Shown in pieces: positions 13,938-22,073 of a DNA stretch of 32,000 bases. The notes beneath the pieces are model-generated. The model made no database searches. It saw only the letters and a list, made by a program, of their open reading frames with translations, and had not been told where the DNA came from. The DNA is from Horticoccus luteus (lineage in GTDB: Bacteria > Verrucomicrobiota > Verrucomicrobiia > Opitutales > Opitutaceae), in NCBI RefSeq assembly GCF_019464535.1, contig NZ_CP080507.1:3210001-3242000 (forward strand), read 5' to 3'. A program made the translations under genes and the position numbers. The number at the start of each line of letters is the position of its first letter. Position 1 is the stretch's first letter.

Positions 13938-16900
13938 CGCCGACTCCGCGCCCCCCTTCAACTCGTCGCCCTCGCGTTCGCCGCTGCCGTGCCCGCGTTG
14001 CGGCCAGCCGCTCGGCCAGCCTTTTCCTGGCTCCGCCTTGTGCGCGCGTTGCGCGAGCGCCCGCATCCTCGCGCACGCGCTCTCCGACGAACCCGATTCG
14101 ATGCCGCCCTTCGCGCTCCCCGGCGATGCCAGCGGCCCCGCGCGCATCGGCCCCTACACGATCATCAGCGAACTCGGCCGGGGCGGCATGGGCATCGTTT
14201 ACCTCGCCCAACACGCTCAACTCGGCCGCATCGTCGCGCTGAAAACCATTCATTGTGGCGGCACGGCGAGCTCCGCGTTGGAAATGCGTTTTCTCCGCGA
14301 GGCGCAAACCGTCGCGCAACTGCGCCATCCGCACATCGTCACCGTGCACGACGCCGGCCAGGCCGACCACCACGCGTATTTCGCGATGGATTTCGTCGAG
14401 GGCGGCGACCTCGCGCAACGACTCCGCGCGCAACGGCAGTTCGAACCGCGCACCGCCGCGTTGCTCATGCAACAAGTCGCCGCCGCCATCGCCTACAGCC
14501 ACGGCGAAGGCGTTCTCCACCGCGACTTGAAGCCGTCGAACATCCTGCTCGCGGGCGATGCTCCGCTCGTCGCCGACTTCGGCCTCGCCGCGCAACCCGA
14601 CTCCGGCGCCAGCCTCACCGGCGCGATGATCGTGCTCGGTACTCCGCACTATTCCGCCCCGGAAGTGCTGCGCGGCCCCGACCTCGGTGCGCGCGGCGCC
14701 CCCGCCGATATCTACGCGCTGGGCGTGATCCTCTACGAATTGCTCGCCGGCCGGACTCCCTTTGCGGGCGCCTCGCCGGGCGAACTGCCCGCGCTCGTCG
14801 CCACCACCGAGCCGCCTCCACTGCGCCTGCTCGCCCCGCAGGTGCCCCGCGACTTGGAAACAATCTGCCGCTGCTGCCTCGCGATCGAACCCGCGCAACG
14901 TTACTCCAGCGCCCGCGCCCTCGCCGAAGACCTGCGGCATTATCTCGCGGGCGAACCCATCGTCGCCCGCCCGATTTCTCCGCTCGGCCAACTCTGGCGC
15001 TGGACCCGCCGCCGCCCGCATCTCGCCGCAGTGTGGGCGTTGTCGCTGCTCCTCGCGATCGGCTCCACCGTCGCCGCTTTCGGCCTCAACCGTGCCCGCC
15101 TGCAAACCGCCGCCGCCGCCGCCCGCGCCGAAACCGCCCTCGCCGCCGCCCGGCAATCCGAACAGCTCGCCCGCTCCCGGTTGCGCGGCGCGAAGTTCGC
15201 CGAGGCCCGCGCCCGCCGCGCCACCGCCGAACCCGGCCGCCGCACCGCCATCCTCGCCGCGCTCGCGGAAGCCGATGCCGTTGAACCCGGCCGCGATTTG
15301 CGCGACGAAGCCATGGCGGCGCTCATGCTGCCCGAATTTATCCCGACGCGGCGCTGGATCGTCGCGGCCGACTCGCCCGTCATCGCAACCGTCGATCCCA
15401 CGGGACGCGTGGCGGCAATCGAAGACCTCGTCCCCTCGGGCGATCGCCGCCAGCCGCTCTCGCTCCGCCGCTGGGGCGAGACCGCCTCGTTCGCCCAACT
15501 CGACGTGCCCGGCACCACGCCCGCCGGCCCCGCGCATTTCAGCGGCGACGGTCTCCTGATCGCCGCGCGCTATCATGACGAAAGTATCCGCGTGTGGCGC
15601 ACGGCCGACGGCCGCGCGTTGCCGGCGTTGCAGCATCAACCGCTTCCCGAGGCGACTTCCGCCAATCCGGAGTTGAACGACGACGTGGATTTCACACCTG
15701 ATCACACCGCGCTCTGTGTCGGTCAGCCCGGCGGCGGCCTCACCTGGCGGCGGCTCTCGGATGGCGCAGAGCTGGCCCGGTCGCCGGGCGAAATCCGTTT
15801 TTCAACCGTCCGTTGCTCGCCCGACGGCCGTCGCGTCGCCGCGTGTTCCCTCGCCGTTGCCCAGCCTCACCAGCTCTATCTTTACGCCCAACCAGGCACT
15901 GCGCCCGAACGCATCTTCACTCTCGCGAGCGCGCCGCGTTCACTCGCCTGGTCGACCGACGGCACTCTCCTCATCGTCGCGCAAAGCGACAACAGTGTGA
16001 CGATTTTCGACGTCGCCGAGGGCCGCGTCGTGCAATCGTTCAACGCCTCCCAATGGCGATCCCAAGCGGTCGATTTTCTCGGCGGCCGGACATTCGTCAC
16101 GCTCTCCAACAGTGGTTCGGCGGTGCACGTTTTCGATTTCGCCCTCAATCGCGAAGCCGGGGAGTTTCCCTCGGTCGGCCCCGGCGGACTCACGCGTGAC
16201 CAAAGCGGCAACGGTTTTTACCTGACTTCCCTCGAAGGCGAAATCACCTACTGGGAACTGCACCCGCCCGTCGGTTTTCGCCTGCTCCTTCTGCCGGACG
16301 TGGCGGGTTACGAATTCAGTGGCGATGCCGGCGGACTCGACTTCAGCAACGACGGGCGCTGGGCCGCCTCGGCGCACGGTCGTTTCGCCGCCCTGCGCGA
16401 CGTGGCGACTGGCGCCTTTGTGGGAGAGCTGGACGGCGGACCGGCGGAGGGTCCGCAGTTTTCGAGCGTGATGTTCAACCAGGAAGGCACTGCCCTGTTG
16501 CGCTGCTCCACCACCACCGGCCTCCGGCGCCACACGCTCTCGAACGACGCCCACGGCCGCCTCCAAATCGGCCCCGCCGCCACGCTCGACCCGGAGCCCG
16601 GCTTCGTCCTCACCGCGCACACCACGGATCGCCGCCTCGTGGTTTTGATCAACCGCTACACCGGCGACGTCAAGGTGCTCGATCTCAGCGGCCCGGCGTC
16701 GCGGCTCGTCAGCCGCTGGCGCACGCCGGGCGTTTATCACGGCTCGCTGAATCCCGATGGCACCGAGCTCCTTCTCAATTGCAACGGTCTCGGCCCCGAC
16801 GCGGCGTCGATGCGGCTCAGTGTCCATCGCGTCGCCGACGGCCGCCTGATCGCCGAACCGGTCGCACCGGTTTCCTGCGACACCGCGTGGAGCGCCGACG

Positions 16901-17253
16901 GTCGCACCGCCCTCACGTCGGCGGGTTTGACCGAAACCATTCTCTGGAACGCCGCCACTTGGACGCGCCGCGCCGTCCTGCCCGCCGGACTCGGCGGCAA
17001 CACCACGACGTTCGCCATCGCCCCGGACAGCAGCTACGCCGTCGTCTGCCGCGAATCGCATATTTATCTGGTCGACCTGCGCGATGGTCGCGTGCGCGCC
17101 ACGCTGACCGCCCCCGGCGCGCCCGGTCTCGCCACCGCCGTCCGCTTCCTGCCCGACGGCGCTCATTTCGCGGTGCTCTGGCCCGATGGCCGGCTGGATC
17201 TTTTCGAACCCGCCGCGCTCAACGCCGCGCTCGCCGTCGCTCGCATCCGGTAG
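13930..17253 (+). CDS. Membrane Ser/Thr protein kinase: N-terminal double-CxxC element, Hanks kinase domain, one TM helix, large extracytoplasmic WD40-like beta-propeller region
   Basis: 1107 aa. 'CPRCGQPL...CARC'. 'LGRGGMGIVYLA...IVALKTI' (G-loop and VAxK). 'HRDLKPSNILL', 'VADFGLA', 'GTPHYSAPE'. TM 'LAAVWALSLLLAIGSTVAAFGL' (~15022-15087). The C-terminal ~650 aa carry repeated '..SPDG..(V/L)A....' blades, e.g. 'VRCSPDGRRVAACS', 'LAWSTDGTLLIVAQSDNSVTIFD', 'FSNDGRWAASA', 'TAWSADGRTALTS', 'VRFLPDGAHFAVLWPDGRLDLFE'. Confidence 0.92.
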   Translation: MADADSAPPFNSSPSRSPLPCPRCGQPLGQPFPGSALCARCASARILAHALSDEPDSMPPFALPGDASGPARIGPYTIISELGRGGMGIVYLAQHAQLGRIVALKTIHCGGTASSALEMRFLREAQTVAQLRHPHIVTVHDAGQADHHAYFAMDFVEGGDLAQRLRAQRQFEPRTAALLMQQVAAAIAYSHGEGVLHRDLKPSNILLAGDAPLVADFGLAAQPDSGASLTGAMIVLGTPHYSAPEVLRGPDLGARGAPADIYALGVILYELLAGRTPFAGASPGELPALVATTEPPPLRLLAPQVPRDLETICRCCLAIEPAQRYSSARALAEDLRHYLAGEPIVARPISPLGQLWRWTRRRPHLAAVWALSLLLAIGSTVAAFGLNRARLQTAAAAARAETALAAARQSEQLARSRLRGAKFAEARARRATAEPGRRTAILAALAEADAVEPGRDLRDEAMAALMLPEFIPTRRWIVAADSPVIATVDPTGRVAAIEDLVPSGDRRQPLSLRRWGETASFAQLDVPGTTPAGPAHFSGDGLLIAARYHDESIRVWRTADGRALPALQHQPLPEATSANPELNDDVDFTPDHTALCVGQPGGGLTWRRLSDGAELARSPGEIRFSTVRCSPDGRRVAACSLAVAQPHQLYLYAQPGTAPERIFTLASAPRSLAWSTDGTLLIVAQSDNSVTIFDVAEGRVVQSFNASQWRSQAVDFLGGRTFVTLSNSGSAVHVFDFALNREAGEFPSVGPGGLTRDQSGNGFYLTSLEGEITYWELHPPVGFRLLLLPDVAGYEFSGDAGGLDFSNDGRWAASAHGRFAALRDVATGAFVGELDGGPAEGPQFSSVMFNQEGTALLRCSTTTGLRRHTLSNDAHGRLQIGPAATLDPEPGFVLTAHTTDRRLVVLINRYTGDVKVLDLSGPASRLVSRWRTPGVYHGSLNPDGTELLLNCNGLGPDAASMRLSVHRVADGRLIAEPVAPVSCDTAWSADGRTALTSAGLTETILWNAATWTRRAVLPAGLGGNTTTFAIAPDSSYAVVCRESHIYLVDLRDGRVRATLTAPGAPGLATAVRFLPDGAHFAVLWPDGRLDLFEPAALNAALAVARIR

Positions 17254-17279
17254 AACGCCTCAACTGAAACGTAGCCGTA

Positions 17280-17341
17280 GTGGGCGGGGTGCCTCACCCC
17301 GCGGTTTGCGTTCTTTCGCGGGGTGAGGGCACCCCGCCCAC
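17280..17341. repeat. Long compound inverted repeat (24/25-nt arms, 13-nt loop) 27 nt downstream of the kinase stop; terminator- or REP-like element
   Basis: Left arm GTGGGCGGGGTGCCTCACCCCGCG (17280-17303). Loop gtttgcgttcttt. Right arm CGCGGGGTGAGGGCACCCCGCCCAC (17317-17341), complementary apart from one bulged G. Each arm is itself a small palindrome (GGGGTG-cc(t)-CACCCC), so alternative folds are possible. Confidence 0.6.
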
Positions 17342-17549
17342 AACAAATACGTGCTGTTCGAACTAATCGGAGCGACCCGTCGACCCCGTCTCCCATCGAT
17401 CGCCGGCCCGTGCCCAGGCCCGACCCACGCGGCCGCGAAAGATAATTCGCGATCTCCTGTAATATTTCCGGACGCCTTCACTGAACGAAGGGCAAGAGGC
17501 ACTCCCTCCGCCGCATCCTGCGGTCGAATCGCCTCCTCTCCCTCCGCCC

Positions 17550-19688
17550 ATGAAACTCCCGTTGCCTCCTCTCCTTCCGAGCGCCGCCCTCGCGCTGCTC
17601 CTTGGCGCCATCCCGTTTGCCGGGGCGGCCACTTACGATGTCGGCCTTGGCGCCGGCCAGCTTCCGACGCTCGCCAGCGTGCCGTGGGCCTACCTCCAGC
17701 CCGGCGATATCGTGAACATCAACGCCAAGCCCGGCGGCTATCACGAAATCATCCAGCTCTCCGCCTCCGGCACCGCCGCGCGGGGCATCCTCATCCGCGG
17801 CATTCCCGATCCTGTCACGGGCGCGCTGCCGGTCATCGATGGCGACGGTGCCGTGATGGATCCGCACGTGGACTTCCGCAGCGCCGTCTTCGAACCATGG
17901 GGCCTCATCATCGTCTCCCCGCGCGCGGCCGGCTACGTTTACGGCAAGACGTTTCCTTCTTACATCACGATCGAATCGCTCGATCTGCGCAACGCCCTCT
18001 ACGACCCGTCGGGCGTCCGCCATTTCACCGATCAACACGGCGCCACACGCCTCTTCGATCATTTTGCGTGCGGCATCTATATCGAGTTCGCGCAACACCT
18101 CACGATCCGCGGGTGCGAAATCAGTTTCAACGGCAACGGCATCTTCGCCAACTCCAAGAACGGCCCCGCCCAGTCCTCCGCCGATCTCCTCATCGAGAAA
18201 AATTATCTCCACGACAACGGCCAGCCCGCAATCGCCGGCCAGACCAACGGCTACGCCGAGCATAACATCTACGTCGAATCCGCGGGCGTCGTTTACCAAT
18301 ACAACCGCTTCGGCTCGCTCCGTCCGTTCTGCCACGGCTGCATGATCAAGGACCGCTCGTCCGGCACCGTCATCCGCTACAACGAGGTCGACAGCTCCAC
18401 CGTCGGCGATGTGTTCGCCATCCTCGACCCGCAAGGCGGCGCCGGCTACCTCGACCACCAAGCCGACTACCGCGACGCCTTCGTCTATGGCAATATCGTC
18501 ACGCTCCGGCCCGCGACCGACGGCTCGCTCGGCGGCAACCTCGTCTGGTTCGCTGCTTGCAACGGTCCCTCCTCCTACGCGACCCAGCACCGCGGCACGC
18601 TGTATTTTTATCACAACACCATCGCCAATCACCGCGCTGGCATCGGCGCTTTCTCCCTCACCGATCCCGCCTACACCGGCGCCTCCGCCACGCTCGAAAA
18701 AGTCGACGTCCGCAACAACGTCTTCTTCACCGACACCGCGATCCAAAACAACGTGTATAACGCGTTCCATTTCGCCGTCACCAACACCGTCACGACCATC
18801 GATCTCGGGATGAACTGGGTCAGCCCCGGCACGCAGGCCAACTGGATCAACCACGGTTCCAAAACCGTCGTCACGGGCTGGGCTCATCTCATCGTCGGCG
18901 ATTTTGCCGGTAAAAATAATCCCAACTTCGTGTCGCTCATCTCCCCCGATTACAATCTCACCGGCGGGTCCGATTCGATCGACGCCGCCGGTCCGCTCGC
19001 TCCCGCCGCGCTGGGTAAAGGCTTCATCGTCGACCAGGCCTACGCCGCCCCGCAATCGTCCGTTCCGCGCGCTGTCCTCGGCGCTCAGCCCGATCTCGGC
19101 GCACTTGAGACGAGTGCCACCTACACCTCGCCCGCCTTAAACCACGTGCCCGTCGCGGAGCCGTTCTCGCTCAACCTCATCGGCCTCGCCCCCGCGGCCG
19201 TCACCCTCGCGGGCTCCGACGCCGATGGTGATCCGCTCGCGTTCGCGTTCACGAAGGTCGGCGTCATCGGCACGCTCACCGGTTCCGCGCCGAACCTCGT
19301 CTGCACGCCGACCCCCGGCGTGACCGGCTGCATGATCGTCGGCTATACCGTCGACGACGGCCTGGCGACCTCCGCCCCCGGCTTCATCTTCATTAGTTTC
19401 AACGATCCTTCGAATCCTCCGCCCGCCGTCACCCTCGATGCGCCGCTCGCCAACGCCGTGGTCAACAAATCCACGACCGTCACCCTCGCTGCCACCGCGA
19501 ACGATCCCGACGGAATCAAGCGGGTCGACTTCTTCGTCGGCTCCACGCGTGTAGGCTCTGTGACCGCCGCGCCGTATCAGTTCAACTGGAGCAGTGCCAC
19601 TCCGGGGCGCTACCAGATCGTCGCGAAAGCTTACGACAACCTCAACGCTTCCTCCTACACCCAGCCGATCTTTATCACGGTGCAATAG
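17550..19688 (+). CDS. Secreted right-handed parallel beta-helix (pectate-lyase-fold) protein with two C-terminal Ig-like domains
   Basis: 712 aa. Signal peptide 'MKLPLPPLLPSAALALLLGAIPFAGAAT'. Beta-helix-type turns include 'GIYIEFAQHLTIRGCEISFNGNGIFANS', 'LLIEKNYLHDNGQ', 'HNIYVES' and 'VRNNVFF'. The C-terminal 'VTLAGSDADGDPLAFAF...YTVDDG' and 'VTLAATANDPDGIKRVDFFVGSTRVGSVTAAPYQFNW...YQIVAKAYDN' resemble cadherin/Big-type Ig folds. Confidence 0.8.
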   Translation: MKLPLPPLLPSAALALLLGAIPFAGAATYDVGLGAGQLPTLASVPWAYLQPGDIVNINAKPGGYHEIIQLSASGTAARGILIRGIPDPVTGALPVIDGDGAVMDPHVDFRSAVFEPWGLIIVSPRAAGYVYGKTFPSYITIESLDLRNALYDPSGVRHFTDQHGATRLFDHFACGIYIEFAQHLTIRGCEISFNGNGIFANSKNGPAQSSADLLIEKNYLHDNGQPAIAGQTNGYAEHNIYVESAGVVYQYNRFGSLRPFCHGCMIKDRSSGTVIRYNEVDSSTVGDVFAILDPQGGAGYLDHQADYRDAFVYGNIVTLRPATDGSLGGNLVWFAACNGPSSYATQHRGTLYFYHNTIANHRAGIGAFSLTDPAYTGASATLEKVDVRNNVFFTDTAIQNNVYNAFHFAVTNTVTTIDLGMNWVSPGTQANWINHGSKTVVTGWAHLIVGDFAGKNNPNFVSLISPDYNLTGGSDSIDAAGPLAPAALGKGFIVDQAYAAPQSSVPRAVLGAQPDLGALETSATYTSPALNHVPVAEPFSLNLIGLAPAAVTLAGSDADGDPLAFAFTKVGVIGTLTGSAPNLVCTPTPGVTGCMIVGYTVDDGLATSAPGFIFISFNDPSNPPPAVTLDAPLANAVVNKSTTVTLAATANDPDGIKRVDFFVGSTRVGSVTAAPYQFNWSSATPGRYQIVAKAYDNLNASSYTQPIFITVQ

Positions 19689-19742
19689 TGCAGCGTCACT
19701 CGTCCGCCTGCATGGCGTGACGGTCACCCGATCAGACAGCGC

Positions 19743-19780
19743 GTCGCCGCGGATTTCGGTCCGCGGCGACTTTGCGTTCT
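19743..19780. terminator. Intrinsic-terminator-like hairpin between convergent genes (11-bp perfect stem, 6-nt loop, T-rich tail on + strand)
   Basis: GTCGCCGCGGA (19743-19753), tttcgg, TCCGCGGCGAC (19760-19770), then TTTGCGTTCT. It lies 55 nt after the beta-helix gene stop and 113 nt beyond the end of the cytochrome b gene on the other strand. Confidence 0.55.
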
Positions 19781-19892
19781 ACCGATCGCAACGGCCGCAG
19801 TTCCGATGCTACGCCGGCCGACGCCGACAAGACTTGCGATTCTCGCGCGCCGCCGCGCAGACGTCGGCGCGAACCGCGCGGGGGAAAGTGCG

Positions 19893-21332
19893 TCAGCGGA
19901 CGGACCCCGCCGGCAGCTTTCCCGGGGCGGCGGGATGTGATTTCCGCGACAGAAGAAACGCCACCAGATCATCGATCTCTGCGGGATGCAGCGTCGCCCC
20001 AAAGGCCGGCATGTTTCCGCCGCCGTTTACGATGCGGATGATCAGATCGCTCTTCGTCAGCCGGTCCGCCACCGTCGTGAGATTCGGCCCGCGCCGGCCA
20101 CCGTGGCCTTCGATGAGATGACAGTTCAGGCACGCCTTTTCCTGAAACAATTGCGCACCGCGAAAGACCGGCCCGCTGTCCGCGCCGATGATGGCCGGCG
20201 TCAGCGGCACGGGATCGAAATTTGGCGACCAAGGTGAACGCGCGCCCGCAATCCAGAGCGAGCCGATCATGAGCACGCTCAGCAACACCACCGCGATGGC
20301 CCAGGGACGCCGCGACGGCGCTCGCTCGCCGCGGTTATTGAGGAGCGGTCCCGCCAACAGCAGAATCCCGATCAACGCCGGTGCGAGGATCATCACGTAG
20401 CCTTCGATCTTCGGTGGGATCAACGCCAGCACCGCGAAATACCACAGCAAATACCAATCCGGGCGCGGATCGGCCGCGAGGATGCTCGGGTCCGGCGGCT
20501 TATCGAGCGCGGGCGGACCGAACACCAACGCCAGCGTCACAATCGCCAGGATCAAACCCGTGCCGAACACGAAGTCGCGCCACGCTCCGTCCGGCCAGAA
20601 CGGATGCCCGCTTTTCTGCAGCAGCGCCTCGTATTCCTGGCGATAGGTTTTCGGATCCACCGGCTTGCCCGCCGTCGGCGGCTCCGCGATGCCGTGCCGC
20701 AAAACCAGCCGCAAGTGCGCGGCGATGAACAGAAACATTGTCCCCGGTATCACGAAAACGTGGATCGCAAAAAAGCGGCTCAGCGTGGCGCCGCCGATGT
20801 TGTTGCCGCCGAGAATGAATCGCGCCAGCCAGTCGCCCACGAGCGGCACGCGGCCCACCTGCTCAGCCGCCACCACCACCGACCACGTCGCATTCTGGTC
20901 CCACCGCAGGAGCTGGCCGGTGAACCCCATGACCAGCGTGAAGCCGAGCAACAAAACCCCTGTCGCCCAATTCATCTCCCGCGGGAATTTATACGATCCA
21001 AAGAGAAACGTCTGCGCCATGTGCGCGCCCACCATCAGCATCATCGCGGAGGCGCCGAAATAGTGCAGCCCGCGCAGGAAGTTTCCAAACGGCGCGTTTT
21101 GCGTGATGAACACCAGCGTCTCGTAGGCTTGCGACGACGACGGCACATACGAAAACGCCAGCGCCACGCCCGTGACCACTTGCACGATAAACGCCACCAG
21201 CGTCGCACTCCCAAACACATACCACCAGCGCGCATCGCGCGGCACCAAGTGCTGGAGCGAGGGGCCGATGAGCGCCGTGATGCCCAGCCGGTCATCGAGC
21301 CACTGCCACGTGGAACGAAAGGGGTTTCTCAT
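19893..21332 (-). CDS. Cytochrome b (full-length, b6-like heme spacing) fused to a C-terminal monoheme cytochrome c domain
   Basis: The start is taken at ATG 21332 ('[17 protein letters not shown]'), which overlaps the Rieske stop (ATGA). The 92 upstream codons of the tracked ORF overlap the Rieske gene. Heme-ligand pairs: '[16 protein letters not shown]' (H-x13-H) and '[17 protein letters not shown]' (H-x14-H). The C-terminus has 'CLNCH...GGGNMPAF' (CxxCH plus a Met ligand). Confidence 0.88.
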   Translation of the reverse strand: MRNPFRSTWQWLDDRLGITALIGPSLQHLVPRDARWWYVFGSATLVAFIVQVVTGVALAFSYVPSSSQAYETLVFITQNAPFGNFLRGLHYFGASAMMLMVGAHMAQTFLFGSYKFPREMNWATGVLLLGFTLVMGFTGQLLRWDQNATWSVVVAAEQVGRVPLVGDWLARFILGGNNIGGATLSRFFAIHVFVIPGTMFLFIAAHLRLVLRHGIAEPPTAGKPVDPKTYRQEYEALLQKSGHPFWPDGAWRDFVFGTGLILAIVTLALVFGPPALDKPPDPSILAADPRPDWYLLWYFAVLALIPPKIEGYVMILAPALIGILLLAGPLLNNRGERAPSRRPWAIAVVLLSVLMIGSLWIAGARSPWSPNFDPVPLTPAIIGADSGPVFRGAQLFQEKACLNCHLIEGHGGRRGPNLTTVADRLTKSDLIIRIVNGGGNMPAFGATLHPAEIDDLVAFLLSRKSHPAAPGKLPAGSVR

Positions 21333-21868
21333 AGCGTCGTCGTGATCGGAATCGGTGCGGCTTTGATCTCCACTTGGCCGCTCGCGATGCGCACCTCGTA
21401 GCGTACCAGCGGTGACGGCGGCGGACCGGCGGCCACGGTCCCGTCCGCATAATAAACGCCGCCATGGCACGGGCACATGAACAACTTCGAGCCGGCGAGC
21501 CAGCGCACCGGACAACCCATGTGCGTGCAGTGAATGGAAAACGCGGTGAACTGGTCGCTGCTGTCCCGCCGCAGCCACGCCGCGCTCTTGGCGGTGATGC
21601 CCGCCCACGGCAACGGCGACGAATCGGGAAACGGCACGCTGATCGTCTGCCCAACTTGAAAGTCATCGACCTTCCCCACCGCAATCCACGACTCCTTCAC
21701 CTTTCGAAACAGCGGCGCAAAAATGAAGCCCACGAGCGGCACGCCCAAGATCGCCGCGCAAAGTCCGGCCAATCCAAGTGAAAGTCGTCCGAAGAAATCG
21801 CGGCGGGAGAGATCCTTTCCCGCGCACCCTTCGCACGGCGTGGAGGGATTATGGTTGGTTTCGTTCAT
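21329..21868 (-). CDS. Rieske [2Fe-2S] iron-sulfur subunit with twin-arginine signal
   Basis: 179 aa. '[22 protein letters not shown]' is a Tat motif plus anchor. Cluster boxes 'CTHMGCPV' and 'CPCHGGVY'. Confidence 0.92.
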   Translation of the reverse strand: MNETNHNPSTPCEGCAGKDLSRRDFFGRLSLGLAGLCAAILGVPLVGFIFAPLFRKVKESWIAVGKVDDFQVGQTISVPFPDSSPLPWAGITAKSAAWLRRDSSDQFTAFSIHCTHMGCPVRWLAGSKLFMCPCHGGVYYADGTVAAGPPPSPLVRYEVRIASGQVEIKAAPIPITTTL

Positions 21869-22073
21869 GACGAATTTCAGAGATCCATCCGGCGAGCGAA
21901 GCGATGAAGAGCCCGACGCCCACCACCAGCACCACCCACGAGGTGATCAGTCCCCAGAAAATGAACGTCGTGCCCATCGCCAGCCCGGAGGGAAAGAACG
22001 TCGGGCGCGGCAGCACTTCGGGCGGGAGCGGCTCCCAGTCCGGCGGCGTGTGAGGCGAAGACGGCGCGTTCAT
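21849..22073 (-). CDS. Small two-TM membrane protein (74 aa) embedded in the respiratory operon; possible oxidase subunit IV-like accessory subunit
   Basis: ATG 22073 overlaps the ctaG-like stop (ATGA). Product: '[74 protein letters not shown]'. It has two hydrophobic helices and G/C-rich third codon positions. Its 3' end overlaps the Rieske start by 20 nt. The tracked 158-aa ORF extends upstream into the ctaG-like gene and is not believed. Confidence 0.55.
   Translation of the reverse strand: MNAPSSPHTPPDWEPLPPEVLPRPTFFPSGLAMGTTFIFWGLITSWVVLVVGVGLFIASLAGWISEIRHERNQP

Noticed and set aside
13648-15705. 685-aa minus-strand ORF (and the 371-aa ORF at 13032-14147) antisense to the ECF sigma and Ser/Thr kinase genes
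   Set aside because: The products are Arg/Gly/Ala-rich and low-complexity, with no motifs. These ORFs are typical stop-codon-poor shadow frames of high-GC coding DNA. The plus-strand frames carry unmistakable sigma and Hanks-kinase motifs.
19893-21608. Full 571-aa version of the cytochrome b ORF, and likewise the 281-aa version of ctaG (to 22915) and the 158-aa version of the small membrane protein (to 22325)
   Set aside because: The N-terminal extensions are Arg-rich and overlap the preceding, well-supported genes by 60-280 nt. Internal ATGs that form ATGA overlaps with the upstream stops give products starting at the expected conserved N-termini.
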